A DNA stretch of 64,000 nucleotides, taken from positions 62,001-126,000 of the forward strand of contig JBODTK010000120.1 in assembly GCA_050613775.1 (NCBI GenBank). Direction: 5' to 3'. This document shows, piece after piece, positions 13,780 through 26,984 of this stretch (positions within the stretch are counted from its first letter, which is position 1; each line of letters opens with the position of its first letter). This DNA is from Neocallimastix sp. 'constans' (taxonomy: Eukaryota). The notes under the pieces were generated by a model. It was given only the letters and a program-made list of their open reading frames with translations. It was not told the origin of the DNA and did not search any database. The position numbers and the translations under genes are program-made.

Positions 13780-14050
13780 TAATAATTATTATTTTATTGA
13801 TCATCATTCGTCTAATAAATGAATAATAAATAAAAAATATGAGATATTTTTATTAGAATAAAATATTTAAATGATTCAAAAAGTTTTTATTAACTTTATT
13901 AAAAAAAATATTAAAATAAGTTGAAATCATATGTTTATTTATATATTTGAGAATACGTTATATTCATGATATAAATACAAGTGGTGAATAGTACTATTAT
14001 TAATATATCTATATATATATATATATATTGTATATTATAACAATTATGTA

Positions 14051-14262
14051 CCTATATTTTAATTATATTTTTAACATGTATATTTGAACATATATTTTAA
14101 TATAAGCTACAAAGTGTATAATTGAAACATACTTGTTTATTATGTATGTTTTTTTCCTATATTTTAATTATACTTTTTAATATATATATTTGAACATATA
14201 TTTTAATATAAGTTACAAAGTGTATAACTGAACCATACTTGTTTATTATGTATATGTTTTTT
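14051..14262. repeat. About 105-bp direct tandem duplication, 2 copies
   Basis: CCTATATTTTAATTATA...ACAAAGTGTATAA..TACTTGTTTATTATGTAT starts at 14051 and again at 14156. Confidence 0.9.
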
Positions 14263-15097
14263 TAACTATTATCACAAGTATATATTTCGAATATGAATAC
14301 GATTATATTTGATACCATTATAATATAAGATAAAAAAAAACGTAGTATACAAGTGTTTATATCTTATATATCACTATTTATATATGTGTCGTTTATATCA
14401 ATATATTGATAAAAGTATTTAAAATATATATAGCATATAACATGATATAACATGTTTTTAGTATACATTACAAAATAGTAGTTTTAACTCATATATATCT
14501 ATAATTATTTAATCATATATAATCTATGATCTTATATTAAAAGCTTTTTAAAAATTTAATACATGATTCCATTTATTATTATAAGAAAAAATATTATACA
14601 AAATAAATAATGAGATTTTAATCATAGTAAAGAATTAATAATACAATGAAATAAATTTAATAGTAATAATTTTAGTATCACATATAAATTAAAATTATAA
14701 TAATAATTAGAAATAATAATTAATTAGAAGTAATAATCAATAATTATCCATAATAATTATAAATTATAAATAATAAGCAATAAACAATAATTTAAATAAG
14801 GATTAAATTATATATTTAAAATAATTTATTTATTTATTTATTTATTATTCAATAATATATTATATATTATTATTTATTATTTATTTTTATTATTATTTTT
14901 TATTATGTCCAATTAATAACAATCAACATTATATATAAAAATTAAACTTTTTAAAAAAAAATTTTAATTTTAATTATACTTTATAAAGGAATAACCAAAA
15001 AAAAAAAAAAAAAGAAAAAAAATTATATATATTATGAAAAGAATTTTTTTTTAAATTATATTAAATATTTATTAATAAATACATTGAGTCCTAATTC

Positions 15098-15134
<37 letters not shown>

Positions 15135-15162
15135 TTTTATATGTATACATATTACTATAATT

Positions 15163-15720
15163 ATGTGTTTTTTAAGAGATCATATAAATATTCTTAATTA
15201 TATTAAAACAAGTCTTCATTGGAAACTTGCCATAATCTGATAAGTAGGTTGGGTTACTTTCAATAAAAATGGTGAGATTAAAGAAAAAAAGCATTATATT
15301 GTTCAAGAATATTTGAGTTTCCGTAATGGAATATATGTTTATGATAATAAGTTTAATTATAACTTTGGTGAATCAATAACAAGTCTATTAAGTGAAACAA
15401 AGTTAAAAACTTAAAATGGATTTAAATAGGGTTAATTACATAATTGGATAAGGAATCAAAAATGATATTTGTGATTTGAAAAAAAAAAAATATTGGTCTT
15501 ATCAAATTCAAAGAAATGAACGATACTTTGAAAACCTATGGTATTATTGATATTCAAGATTTATACGCTGCAAATTTCTTTGAAAATTCAGTAAGTTTGA
15601 AAAAAAGTTTAGATAAATGATACATTTCTAATATAAATTTATATTATATTGGAAATATATATAATTTTATTTTTTTTTTTCATTTATACATAAAATAATT
15701 GAATCTTTTAATAATATTTG

Positions 15721-15753
<33 letters not shown>

Positions 15754-15990
15754 TACCCATTATACAATGAAATATTTCCTTACACTTTTATCAAATTTTA
15801 ATTTTTATGATGACAAAATTCAATATCCTTTAAAAATTAAGATATCAGGAAATGTTTATGCCTATTATAAAAAAAATTATTAAAAAAAAAAAAAAAAAAC
15901 AATATTAATAATAATAAATCATATATAAAAGAAAAACATATTAATATGTTATATATATTTATTTATGTATTAATATAGATGATTGCAGTA
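15163..15990 (+). pseudogene. Inactivated tandem duplicate of the DEDDh exonuclease gene
   Basis: Collinear with 12634-13640 including intron remnants. It has a deletion of about 116 nt removing the ExoI motif, frameshifts, a TGA near 15618, loss of HNAGND and mutated splice donors. Confidence 0.92.
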
Positions 15991-16099
15991 AAAATATATA
16001 TATATATATTTATTATAAATAATTAATAATAAAAGAAACTATTTTGAAAGAAAGAAAGAAAGAAAGAAAGAAAAAGAACTGAAAAAACTATAAAAAGCC

Positions 16100-16139
<40 letters not shown>

Positions 16140-16738
16140 TAATTATAGAAATAGTTCTTCTTACTATAATGAAATGATGATTATAATAACTATTATAATG
16201 ATTTTGATTCATAAGATGGCTAAGATGACAGGCATTATGATGATATGATGACTTGTTTATTATTAAAATAATATTAAAAAATTCATAATACATGAATAAA
16301 TAATTAAATAATAAATAAAATAAATAATGATTAAATAAATGGATAATAATGAATAATTAAATGTAAAAAATAATAATTAATACTAAATAATAAATAAATC
16401 AATAAATAGTAAACAAATAAATAATAATTAATAATTAAATAAATGAGTAATAATAAATAATTCAAAACCATTTTAAATGGAAAATTCGTACTTAATATAA
16501 AATTTATAAATAATAAAAATTAATAATTTATGTAATAAATATATATTTAATTTATTTATTCATTTATTGTAAAAGTTATACACGTTAATTAATTTTTTTA
16601 CATAATTATATATAATCAATAAATTATTACTAATCACTTGTCCAATATACTAATCACTTGTCCAATTTAACCCTCCTTTTACAAACTGAAATTAAACAAT
16701 TAAATATCAAATATATAATATACATATATTTAATTATT

Positions 16739-16785
<47 letters not shown>

Positions 16786-19700
16786 ATGAATGAATGAATG
16801 AATGAATGATCAAATCGAATTCTTTTTTTTTTTTTTTTTTTTTAATTTATATATAAACTTGAATTTATTAATAAAAAAAAAAAAAAAAATAGTAATAATG
16901 AAAGAATAATTAATAATTAACTAAATAATTAAAATAATAATCAAACTAAATGAATCAATGAATCAACCATTTTTATTAAAGAGTGAATAAATAATATATT
17001 TTTGTTAAAAATAAATAATATAAAAAAAAAAATAATATAAAAAAAATAAAATAATATAAAAAAATAAAATAATATAAAAAAAATGAATAGGATTTCCTTA
17101 TGATTATGGCAGAGTGTCAATGATTATGTTAATTTATTTATAAATCTTATTTATTATAAAATATGTGAAGTCTTATATATTATTATTATTATTTATCTAA
17201 GCATTCATTCATTTGTCGATATATGAATAGTAATTATTTATTTAGATTTATAAATTGAATTCATTTATTTATCAACTTCTCATATGACAAATTTATAACA
17301 TTATTTTATTATTATCATTATCCTACTCTATTCTATTCTATTTATCTCTTAAATAAAAAAAAAAAAAAAAAGTGGAGATTTTAATACTATTACTTTTAAA
17401 TAATGTATTACTAATATTTTCTAAACCTGTCCTTAAATATGGAATTCTTTTTTTTTTTTTTTTTTTATTTATTTAATTTTTATTATTATTGTTAATTTTT
17501 ATTAATTATTATTTATTATTATTTTTTATTATTATTATTAATATTTATTATTATTTATTAATATTTATTAATATTTATTATTATTTATTATTATTTATTA
17601 TTATTTATTATTATTTATTATTTATTTATTATTTATTATTTATTATTTATTAATAAATACTCTTTATTATTTATTATTATTTATTATTATTTATTATTAT
17701 TTATTATTATTTATTATTATTATTATCTTTAAAATATATTATAAAAAGTTTTAATTTTATTTTAGTAAAAAATAGACTTTTAGGGATTAAAAAAAAAAAT
17801 ATTAATTTAATTTAATCAAATCCACTGCTTTTAAATTTTTATTTTTCTTGTTTTTTTTTATTTCTTCATTCTTCATTCTTCATTTTTTTTTATTTTTTTT
17901 TTATTTTTTTATTTTTTTTTTTGCTATATTTTAGAACTAGAACTTAACCATCCCTTTTTTAAATTCAATCAAAAATTCAATCAAAAGATAAAATTTTAAA
18001 GCAAAACAAAACCAAAAAAAAATTTAAAATCAACTTCTTTAAAATTAAGCATGAAATATGATTTAATTGAGCATCATATTATACAATTTATTATATAATT
18101 CAATAAGAAGATTATCAACTTCATTAAAACTTTAATAAAACTTTTTTTTTCTTTGAGAAAAGTACGTTATAAAAAAATAATAAATAGAACATAAAATAAA
18201 ATAAAATAAAATAAAATAAAATATATATAAATATATAAATAAAAAAATTTAAAATTTTAAAATTTTAAAATTTTGATATGAACTATAAAAAATACAAAAA
18301 TACAAAAAAATAATAATAAATAAAAAAAATACAAAAAAATGGATTTATATAATTAAAATACGTTTATTCTATTGGATAATATTTATATTAATATACGTAT
18401 TACAATTCTTATTATTTATTTATTGGTCCATTTAGAGCTTTTAATTAATTAACATAATGGTTTAAATTATTTGTATTAATATTAATATATGGTAATTATA
18501 TGTATCAAATATATTTTAATTGTATTATAATAAACGGTGACTTTAATTTATCATTGTATAGATTGAATTAAATCATTAATTTTTTAATTTTTTTTGTTAA
18601 TTTCAATATTGTTTTTTTTTTTTTTTTGCTCTTCGAAGAATAAAAATATTATCATATAAAGTTTGTTAATATATTGCAAGTATATTGTTTGTTTATTATT
18701 TCATATATTTAATTACAAATAATCTGCATATAAATAAATTAAAAATAATAATACATAATTAATATACAAATATTTAATAATAAATACATCGACAATACAT
18801 AATAAATGTATAAATAATATTTAAAACAATATAATATTTAATTTATTATAAATTGACATTTAATTAATTAATATATTAAGTTATTTAAATATTAAAAAAG
18901 GTTATTATTAATTTTAATATAAAACAATTTAAAAAAAAAACTTTCTATAATAAATAACAAATAATAATAATTATCAAATAAGAAATAAATAAATAATTAA
19001 TTAATTAATAAATAAATAAATAAATAATAAATAAATAAATAAATAATAATAGATAATAAAAAGGAAAAAAGTTATATAATTAATAGTAAAATTATTTATT
19101 TTATGAATATTAACATAAATTAATATATTATATAATAATATATAATATATTAAATAATATAATTTAATATATATTATAATCTAAAGTAATAAATTGTATT
19201 TTATTGTTACCAACAAAATAAAATTATTATTTAAATTTTATTTTATTTAAAATTTATAATTCTCTTTTTTTTCTCTTTTTTTTAAAAAAAAATTTTTTTT
19301 TCAAAAACAAAAGAAAATAAGGACCGTTTAGATATTGTAAAGTGATTGAAATATTATTATTTTTATATAGATAATAATTATAATAATAATAATAATAAAA
19401 AGTAAAACAATTGAAATAAAAATTTCAAAATTTAATAGAAAAGACCTAAGTTATAAATAAATTATAAATTAATTATTTATTAAATTTGAAGTTAAAATTA
19501 TATATAAATAAAAACAATAAATATAGTATAAAATAAAATTTAAAATATAGCCTATTGACACATTTATCAATAAATAAATACAATGAAAATTACTTTGAAA
19601 ATAAAATATAAAAAATAATGCATTTAAAAAAGAAAAAAAAAATAACATATATATCGCAAAAAACAATATAAAAATACGACAAAATAAATATAAATTCAAA

Positions 19701-20265
19701 AGAAAAAATTAAAATAGATTAAAAAAAAAAAAAGCAATTTTAAAAATATTCTGATTAGTAATTGATTAGTAAAATGAATAAAAATTATAATTTTTAAATA
19801 AATAATAAAAATTTGTTTAATATATAAATATGATCAAATTAAAGTATATTTTTAATAAGTGAATAAAAAGAAAAAAAAATAAAAATAAAATTATATAAAT
19901 TTTAAATTTTAAATAAAGAAATAATATACTTTTTGATAATATCAAAATTATTGATAAGCTAATAAAAATATATATTAATATTAATATTATTTAATTTATA
20001 AGATAAAATATTACAAAAAAAAAAAAATATTTATTTTTAATTAAAATTATAAAATTTATAATATATAAAAATACTAATTATAATCTTTTATTAATTTTGT
20101 TTATCTATATTTGTTATTTAGTATATTCAAAAAATTAGATTTTAATAAACAAGAAAAACAATAATAACTAAAAAAAAATAAATTAAAAAAGTAACAAAGA
20201 ATAAACAATAAAAAAAAATATAAATAGATTAAATAGTATATATTAGATAATAGATAATTTTCAAA

Positions 20266-21462
20266 ATGAAAATAAAGACAATTATATTTTTTTTTATGTT
20301 ATTAGTTCTTGTATATGCACAATTCGATAATCAACAAGATCCTGGAGATGAAGATGTAGATAATCCTAATCCTGATCCAGGTAATGGTGATGAAAAAGGA
20401 GATGGTAATGGAAAAGGTGATAAAAATAATAGTGGAGGAGGTAATAATGGTGGTAATGGTGGTGAAAATAATGGTGGTAGCAATAATGGTAATAATGGTG
20501 GTAATAATAATGGTGGTAATAATAATGGTAACAATAATGGTAACAATAATGGTAACAATAATGGTAACAATAATGGTAATAATAATGGTAATACAGGAAA
20601 TAATGGAGCTAAAGGTGTTGATAATAATAATCAAGGCGATACTAAACAAGTACCTACTACTAAAGAAACTCAACAAGCTAAAAATGCAGACCCAAAAGCA
20701 GTAACCTCAACAACTGTTGTTAATGCTCCTAAAGCTACTGTAGCTGCTCAACCTACTGCTGCTAAACCAGCTGCTCCTGCTGCTGCTCCGGCTACTACCC
20801 CTAAACCTATGGCAACAAATCTTAGTAATGGTACACCAACACCAGAAATTAAGAAAAATCGTGATACCGTCTTATCTAAAAGTACTCCTGAAACAAATTG
20901 GACTAAGATCTTACTTATTGGTGGTGGTGTCATTGGTGCCTTATTCGTCGTCGGTATTGTTTTCAATTTCATTAATAAAAGAAAAGAAGGTAACAATGAT
21001 CCAATTAATGACATCAATTTTGTTGTTGATAATCAACCTCCAGAACCAGAAATGTCAACAAGTATGTTTAATCAACAGAATGATATGTATGGTCAACCAC
21101 AAGATGTAGGAGGAGGATATAATGATTATGATATGCAATATGGTCAATATGGAGCTGGTATGGATAATCAATATGGTCAACCAGCTGCTGATCCATATGG
21201 TCAAGGTTATGCTCAAGAAGTTAATTATGCTCAAAGAACAATGTCACTTAACCGTAATCCATCAGCTAATAACCAAGTTTATCAAAACGATGAAAATGCT
21301 CGTGATGTTATATATAATCACCGTCCAGAAGCTGGTGATGAAATTGAACTTAGACGTGGTGATAAAGCTACCATTTATGAAAAGTATGAAGATGGTTGGG
21401 CATGGGGTTACAATATTACTACCGGTAAAACTGGTATGTTCCCACAACAATGTCTTGCTTAA
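20266..21462 (+). CDS. Type I single-pass membrane protein with C-terminal SH3 domain, 398 aa, intronless
   Basis: Signal peptide MKIKTIIFFFMLLVLVYA; Gly/Asn repeats and Thr/Ala/Pro stalk; TM ILLIGGGVIGALFVVGIVFNFI followed by NKRK; SH3 with DEIELRRGD, EDGWAWG and GMFP motifs. Confidence 0.92.
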   Translation: MKIKTIIFFFMLLVLVYAQFDNQQDPGDEDVDNPNPDPGNGDEKGDGNGKGDKNNSGGGNNGGNGGENNGGSNNGNNGGNNNGGNNNGNNNGNNNGNNNGNNNGNNNGNTGNNGAKGVDNNNQGDTKQVPTTKETQQAKNADPKAVTSTTVVNAPKATVAAQPTAAKPAAPAAAPATTPKPMATNLSNGTPTPEIKKNRDTVLSKSTPETNWTKILLIGGGVIGALFVVGIVFNFINKRKEGNNDPINDINFVVDNQPPEPEMSTSMFNQQNDMYGQPQDVGGGYNDYDMQYGQYGAGMDNQYGQPAADPYGQGYAQEVNYAQRTMSLNRNPSANNQVYQNDENARDVIYNHRPEAGDEIELRRGDKATIYEKYEDGWAWGYNITTGKTGMFPQQCLA

Positions 21463-21646
21463 ACTATTAAATACTAATAAAAATAATTAAAAAAAGAAGG
21501 TCTCACCAAAAAAAAAAAAAAAAAAAAAAATGTTAATCTTCATAAAATCTTATATAAAATATATAAATTAATAAAATATAAATATTAATATAAATAAATA
21601 GATAATAATAAGTAATTTAAACATTTTTAATAAATAAATAAATAAA

Positions 21647-21678
<32 letters not shown>

Positions 21679-21974
21679 AAGTTTATTATTATTTGTTTAT
21701 GATAAAAATAATAAAAAAAAAAAAAATTAATCCAATTTTAAATATAAAATTGAAAGGAAAAAAAAATTATACTTTCTTTTTTTTTCAAATTGATTTGTCT
21801 TTTTTTTTTAATTTTATTTTCTTTTTTAAATTGTTATTGAAGTTCTTAAATATAAATTTTTTTTTTTTTAGTTTTTTTTTTTACTTATAATTAGTAAATA
21901 TTTTTTTTAATATTTAGTATAAATTTGAGAAAAAAAAAAAAACATTTATAATAAAATTAATAATAATTTAAAAA

Positions 21975-22014
<40 letters not shown>

Positions 22015-22393
22015 AGGAAAGAAAAAAAAAAATTAATTTTTTTTTTTTAATTTTTTTTTTTTTATTTTTTTAAATGATTTAAATAGATTTTTATTATTAT
22101 TAAAGAATTTATTATTTTTAAAAAATAATAATAATATTTATAATTCATAATAATTTAATATTGAATAATGATCGTTTTAAAATCAATAAACAAATAAATA
22201 AATAAAATAAATTAATAAATAATAAAAATTATAATAAAAATAATAAAAAATAATATAATTATTCTTTAACACAACATGAATCTACGGAAATTAAAAAATT
22301 TTTCTAATAATATTTTCTCTTAAGTTGAGGGTGAAGAAAGAGTTTAATGATCTTTACAACCATCTACACTTTTACAGTTGTTACTTTATTTTT

Positions 22394-22431
<38 letters not shown>

Positions 22432-23173
22432 AATTAATAATTTATTTTTTTTTTTCCACTTTAATGATAGTGATAGCTTAAGATATAATATCAAGATCAG
22501 CTATATCTGATTTTATATATTATAACTTAACTATTTTATTCTATATATATATATATATATATTTCATATTGTATTAATTTGGATTTATATAATAATTATA
22601 ATAATACTTATTATATACTATTAATTCATTTATCTCATTGATAAATCATAGTTATAACTAACGGTCTAACTACTAAATAAATTAATACAATCATTCAAAT
22701 AATTGTTATTTAAACTAAATAAATCGTTTAAGTATGGATGTAACTAATATCACTATAACTATATAATTAATAATTCTAACTACTCTATCAAAGTTAAGAT
22801 ATTTGTAATGAATATTTATATACGATATTTATATCATATATTTTATCATAATTCTATCTTATTTATGATAACTTTACTTATAGAAGTCACGTGTTTTGTA
22901 ATAATAATCTAAAGATATCTAAAATCTAAGATCTACAGTTATATAAGCGATAAAAGTTCTAGTATTCTGCTTAAAACTATCATAGATACAGTATATATAG
23001 ATCCATAACGTACTAATAACTAATATATATTATCAAATATCATATTATTACTTTATTATCGAAGTCTTAACTTTTTATTCAAAAAAAAAAAAATTATTTA
23101 TAATGTATTTTTGCATTTTAATTTTTTTTTTTTTTTTAATATATTAATACTTTTTAATAATTAATAAATAAAA

Positions 23174-23202
23174 CCATAGAAAGTGAATTCTTCTTCCTAG
23201 TC

Positions 23203-23254
<52 letters not shown>

Positions 23255-23285
23255 AGCCATGGAAAGTGAATTCTTCTTCCTATTC

Positions 23286-23315
<30 letters not shown>
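23174..23315 (+). repeat. Two copies of a 30-bp unit, each followed by a long poly(A)
   Basis: CCATAGAAAGTGAATTCTTCTTCCTAGTCC(A)n at 23174 and CCATGGAAAGTGAATTCTTCTTCCTATTCC(A)n at 23257. Confidence 0.9.
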
Positions 23316-23320
<5 letters not shown>

Positions 23321-23767
23321 TAATAATTATAATATTCTTAATTTTTTATTTTTTATTTTATTTTTTTTTTTCATTTTTATTATTTTGTACTCATTTGGTA
23401 ATTTATATTTTTCTTATTTTTATTTCATTTAATAGATGGAAAGGATCAATTTAATTTTTTTTTTGTAAAATTTGTAACCAAAAAGAATTTCTGATATAAT
23501 GTGTATAATGTATATGTTATGATATAAAAATAAATGTTAAATTAGATTAAATTAATATGAATATACGATGAATATACGATGAATATTATGTAATACATTA
23601 ATTAAATAAATTAACATGTATCTAAATTTAGCCACAGTTCTTGTATTAATAGAACTGGTTTTACTTTAATTATAAATCTGAGGTTATTTATTAATACATA
23701 ATAATAAATATTTATCATAAAACCCATTTTTACCTTCTAAAAGTATATAGTGTATATATATATATAT

Positions 23768-23826
<59 letters not shown>

Positions 23827-24287
23827 TTTGTTTGTTTGCTTACTTATTTATTTATATATTTAAATATGTATTTATTTATTTATTTTTTATCCTATTTCAT
23901 AAAAATGAAAATAAATAAAATAAAATAAAATAAAATTAAATAAAATTAAATAAAATTAAATAAAAATTAAAGCGTGGGGAAAAAAAATAAAAATGAATGA
24001 AAAGTTAAGGTCATTTGAAAGAAGTTGTTATTACTCTTATAGAATAAAAAAAAAAAAAAAAAAAAAATAAAATAAAATAAAATAAGATGTCAAGGTAATG
24101 TTAAGGTTAAGGCCAATAAGAAAGAGGTTGTTGGCTTTGTTCTTATAGGATAAAAAAAAAAAATAATTATTTCCAGGTTATGTCATAAATGAAAAGTACT
24201 TTTTTTTTTTTCTATATTTTTTTTTTTCTATATTTATATACCATATAACTATGTAAATGTTGAAAGCTACTGTGCGTATAGTAAATA

Positions 24288-24338
<51 letters not shown>

Positions 24339-24923
24339 GGTAATTTTTTCTTTGTTTCAAATTGAAGATATTTTATAATAGTTTCATTTTCTTTTAAAAT
24401 TTTAAAAATAGGAATAGAAAGAAGAAATAAAATAATTATAATTTTTAAATAATTTTATTAAAAATTGTTATAATTTTATAATAATAATAATAATAATAAA
24501 TAAAATGATAAAAAAAAGTATTTATTAATTATTATTATTTTATTTACTATATTAAAAATTTCTTTTATTATTTAAAATTTTTAAACCACAATAGTAAAAT
24601 GGTTAGGTTTAAAATTTTATTACTTTTTTTTAATTATTTATTATTAATCTGAATATAATTTTAATTTATTTTTTTAAAGTATGATACTATTCAAATACAA
24701 GAGACTTCAAACCTATTTTCCTTTTAAATTGCACTACTATTTTATAATGTTTATTTAATAAAGGCTTTAATGATTTTTATACTTTTAATGAATAATTATC
24801 AGCAGTCCATTCCATTGTGATGATATTTATACAGAGTTTCTCATTTTTTCTTTGATAAAGATGTATATATATCTACAAAGGTAGAATGACTGCTAACTTT
24901 TTGTAATATTAATAATGAATGTT

Positions 24924-24960
<37 letters not shown>

Positions 24961-25254
24961 GTTAACTGCAAAACATGTGATTAGCTATCTAACAATCCTT
25001 CTTCCGATACTGAAGGCTTTACATCATCAATTTTTTTTTTTAGTTACTCATAAAAGGGAAACCATAAATCTATAGATTTATAGGCACACTTTTATGCGTA
25101 ATTATTATTTATTGCTATTATGGTATTAAATTTCTTATAATATTTAGAATTAGTACTATATAAGCAATATCAACACTTTATTAATTATTTTTTAATAAAC
25201 TCATATTTTTAAAAATGCAAATTTTGCAAAAACTAATTAATACTAAATTAAATA

Positions 25255-25989
25255 AAAACTAAACTCTTTTATTTTCATTTTTCATTCATATATTTTTAAA
25301 ATTAATATATAAAATTAATTATTAACCAATATATATTAAAGAATTAATCTATTTAAAATAGAATAATAATATTAATAAAATAACACCTAATAATTATAAA
25401 TTATATATAAAACTGAACTTTTTATTTTTAAAAATTTTCATTATATATTATAAATTATAGTAGATAAAAAAAAATTATAAAAAATTATATAAAAAGATTT
25501 TTTTTTTCTATTTTCTATTTTGTATTATTATAATTAAAATTAAAATTGTTATTTAAAATTTAAAATTATTAACCAATATGTATTAAAAAGTTAATCTATT
25601 TAAAAAAAAAAAAAAAAAAAAAACTCTAATAATCATTAATTAGAAATATTTAAGATTTTTGATCATAATTAAATCTGTTATCATTATTATTATTATTATT
25701 ATTATTTTTTCTTTTTTTAATCTATTTAAAAAAAAAAAAAAAAAAAAAACTCTAATAATCATTAATTAGAAATATTTAAGATTTTTGATCATAATTAAAT
25801 CTATTATTATTATTATTATTATTATTTTTATTTTTAATTTTTTATTATATTCATTCATTTAATTTAAGTAAAAATTATAATATAAATCTAAGCTTTTATT
25901 TTCATTTTTTCATAAAACATATTAAAATTTTAATTGTTATTTAAAATTAATTATTAAACAATATATATTAAAAAGTTAATCTATTTAAA

Positions 25990-26025
<36 letters not shown>

Positions 26026-26400
26026 AATAATCATTAATTAGAAATATTTAAGATTTTTGATCATAATTAAATCTATTATTATTATTATTATTATTATTTT
26101 TTTTATTTTTAATTTTTTATTATATTCATTCATTTAATTTAAGTAAAAATTATAACATAAATCTAAGCTTTTATTTTCATTTTTTCATAAAACATTTTAA
26201 AATTTTAATTGTTATTTAAAATTAATTATTAAACAATATATATTAAAAAGTTAATCTATTTAAAATAAAAAAAAAAAAAAAAAAAAAAAAAACTCTAATA
26301 ATCATTAATTAGAAATATTTAAGATTTTTGATCATAATTAAATCTATTATTATTATTATTATTATTTTTTAAATATTTTTATTATATTCATTCATTTAAT
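25255..26400. repeat. Tandem array of about 270-bp AT-rich units with partial and diverged copies
   Basis: Core ACTCTAATAATCATTAATTAGAAATATTTAAGATTTTTGATCATAATTAAATCT at about 25623, 25749, 26021 and 26292; older partial copies at about 25260-25600. Confidence 0.9.
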
Positions 26401-26984
26401 TTTATACAAAAAGTTAAAATAATAGAAAAATATAAAATCATTTAAAAAAATATATAGAAATATTTATATATATTTGAACAAATAGTAATAAAAAGTTATG
26501 TAATAATATAATTTAATATACACTTTTTCTCTTTTAAATATTATATATTGTATATATTATTTAATAAATTTTATATAACTCAAAATTAACTAGCACAATG
26601 TATATAGCATTGTATTCACGGCGTCCAGAATGCCATTCCTATACTCCATTCATTCCACGCATATGGGTATAGCGTTTCAATGCTTATTCATTCATAACAA
26701 TTCATAATACTGAAAGTAAAAAAGCATAGTAAATAGAAGTACTTAATAATAATTTTCCTTCTTATTCTTACAACAATATTATTAAGTTTTATAATTCCTT
26801 ATTATTGGTTATTTGGTTACTAAGATTTATCCCTTTTATAAATAAATTTTTACTAGTATTATCTTTCTTGGCTAATATAAAAAAATTGACCTTTTCATTA
26901 ATTAAATTATAACCAATAAGTTCATCATTAAATAAATAAATATAGAATAAAAATTAATTTAATAATTATCATTAAATTATTAAT

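Noticed and set aside
20302..21490. Overlapping alternative-frame and antisense ORFs in the SH3 gene
   Set aside because: By-products of GGT/AAT codon repeats.
22648..22672. TTATAACTAACGGTCTAA, reminiscent of an LSU rRNA homing-endonuclease site
   Set aside because: Short imperfect match with no rRNA-like flanks.
24680..25100. Mixed-sequence patch with a GTGATGA C-box-like motif and an 18-bp palindrome at about 25064-25081
   Set aside because: No suitably placed D box or terminal stem, no ORF; an AT-rich palindrome of this size is plausible by chance here.
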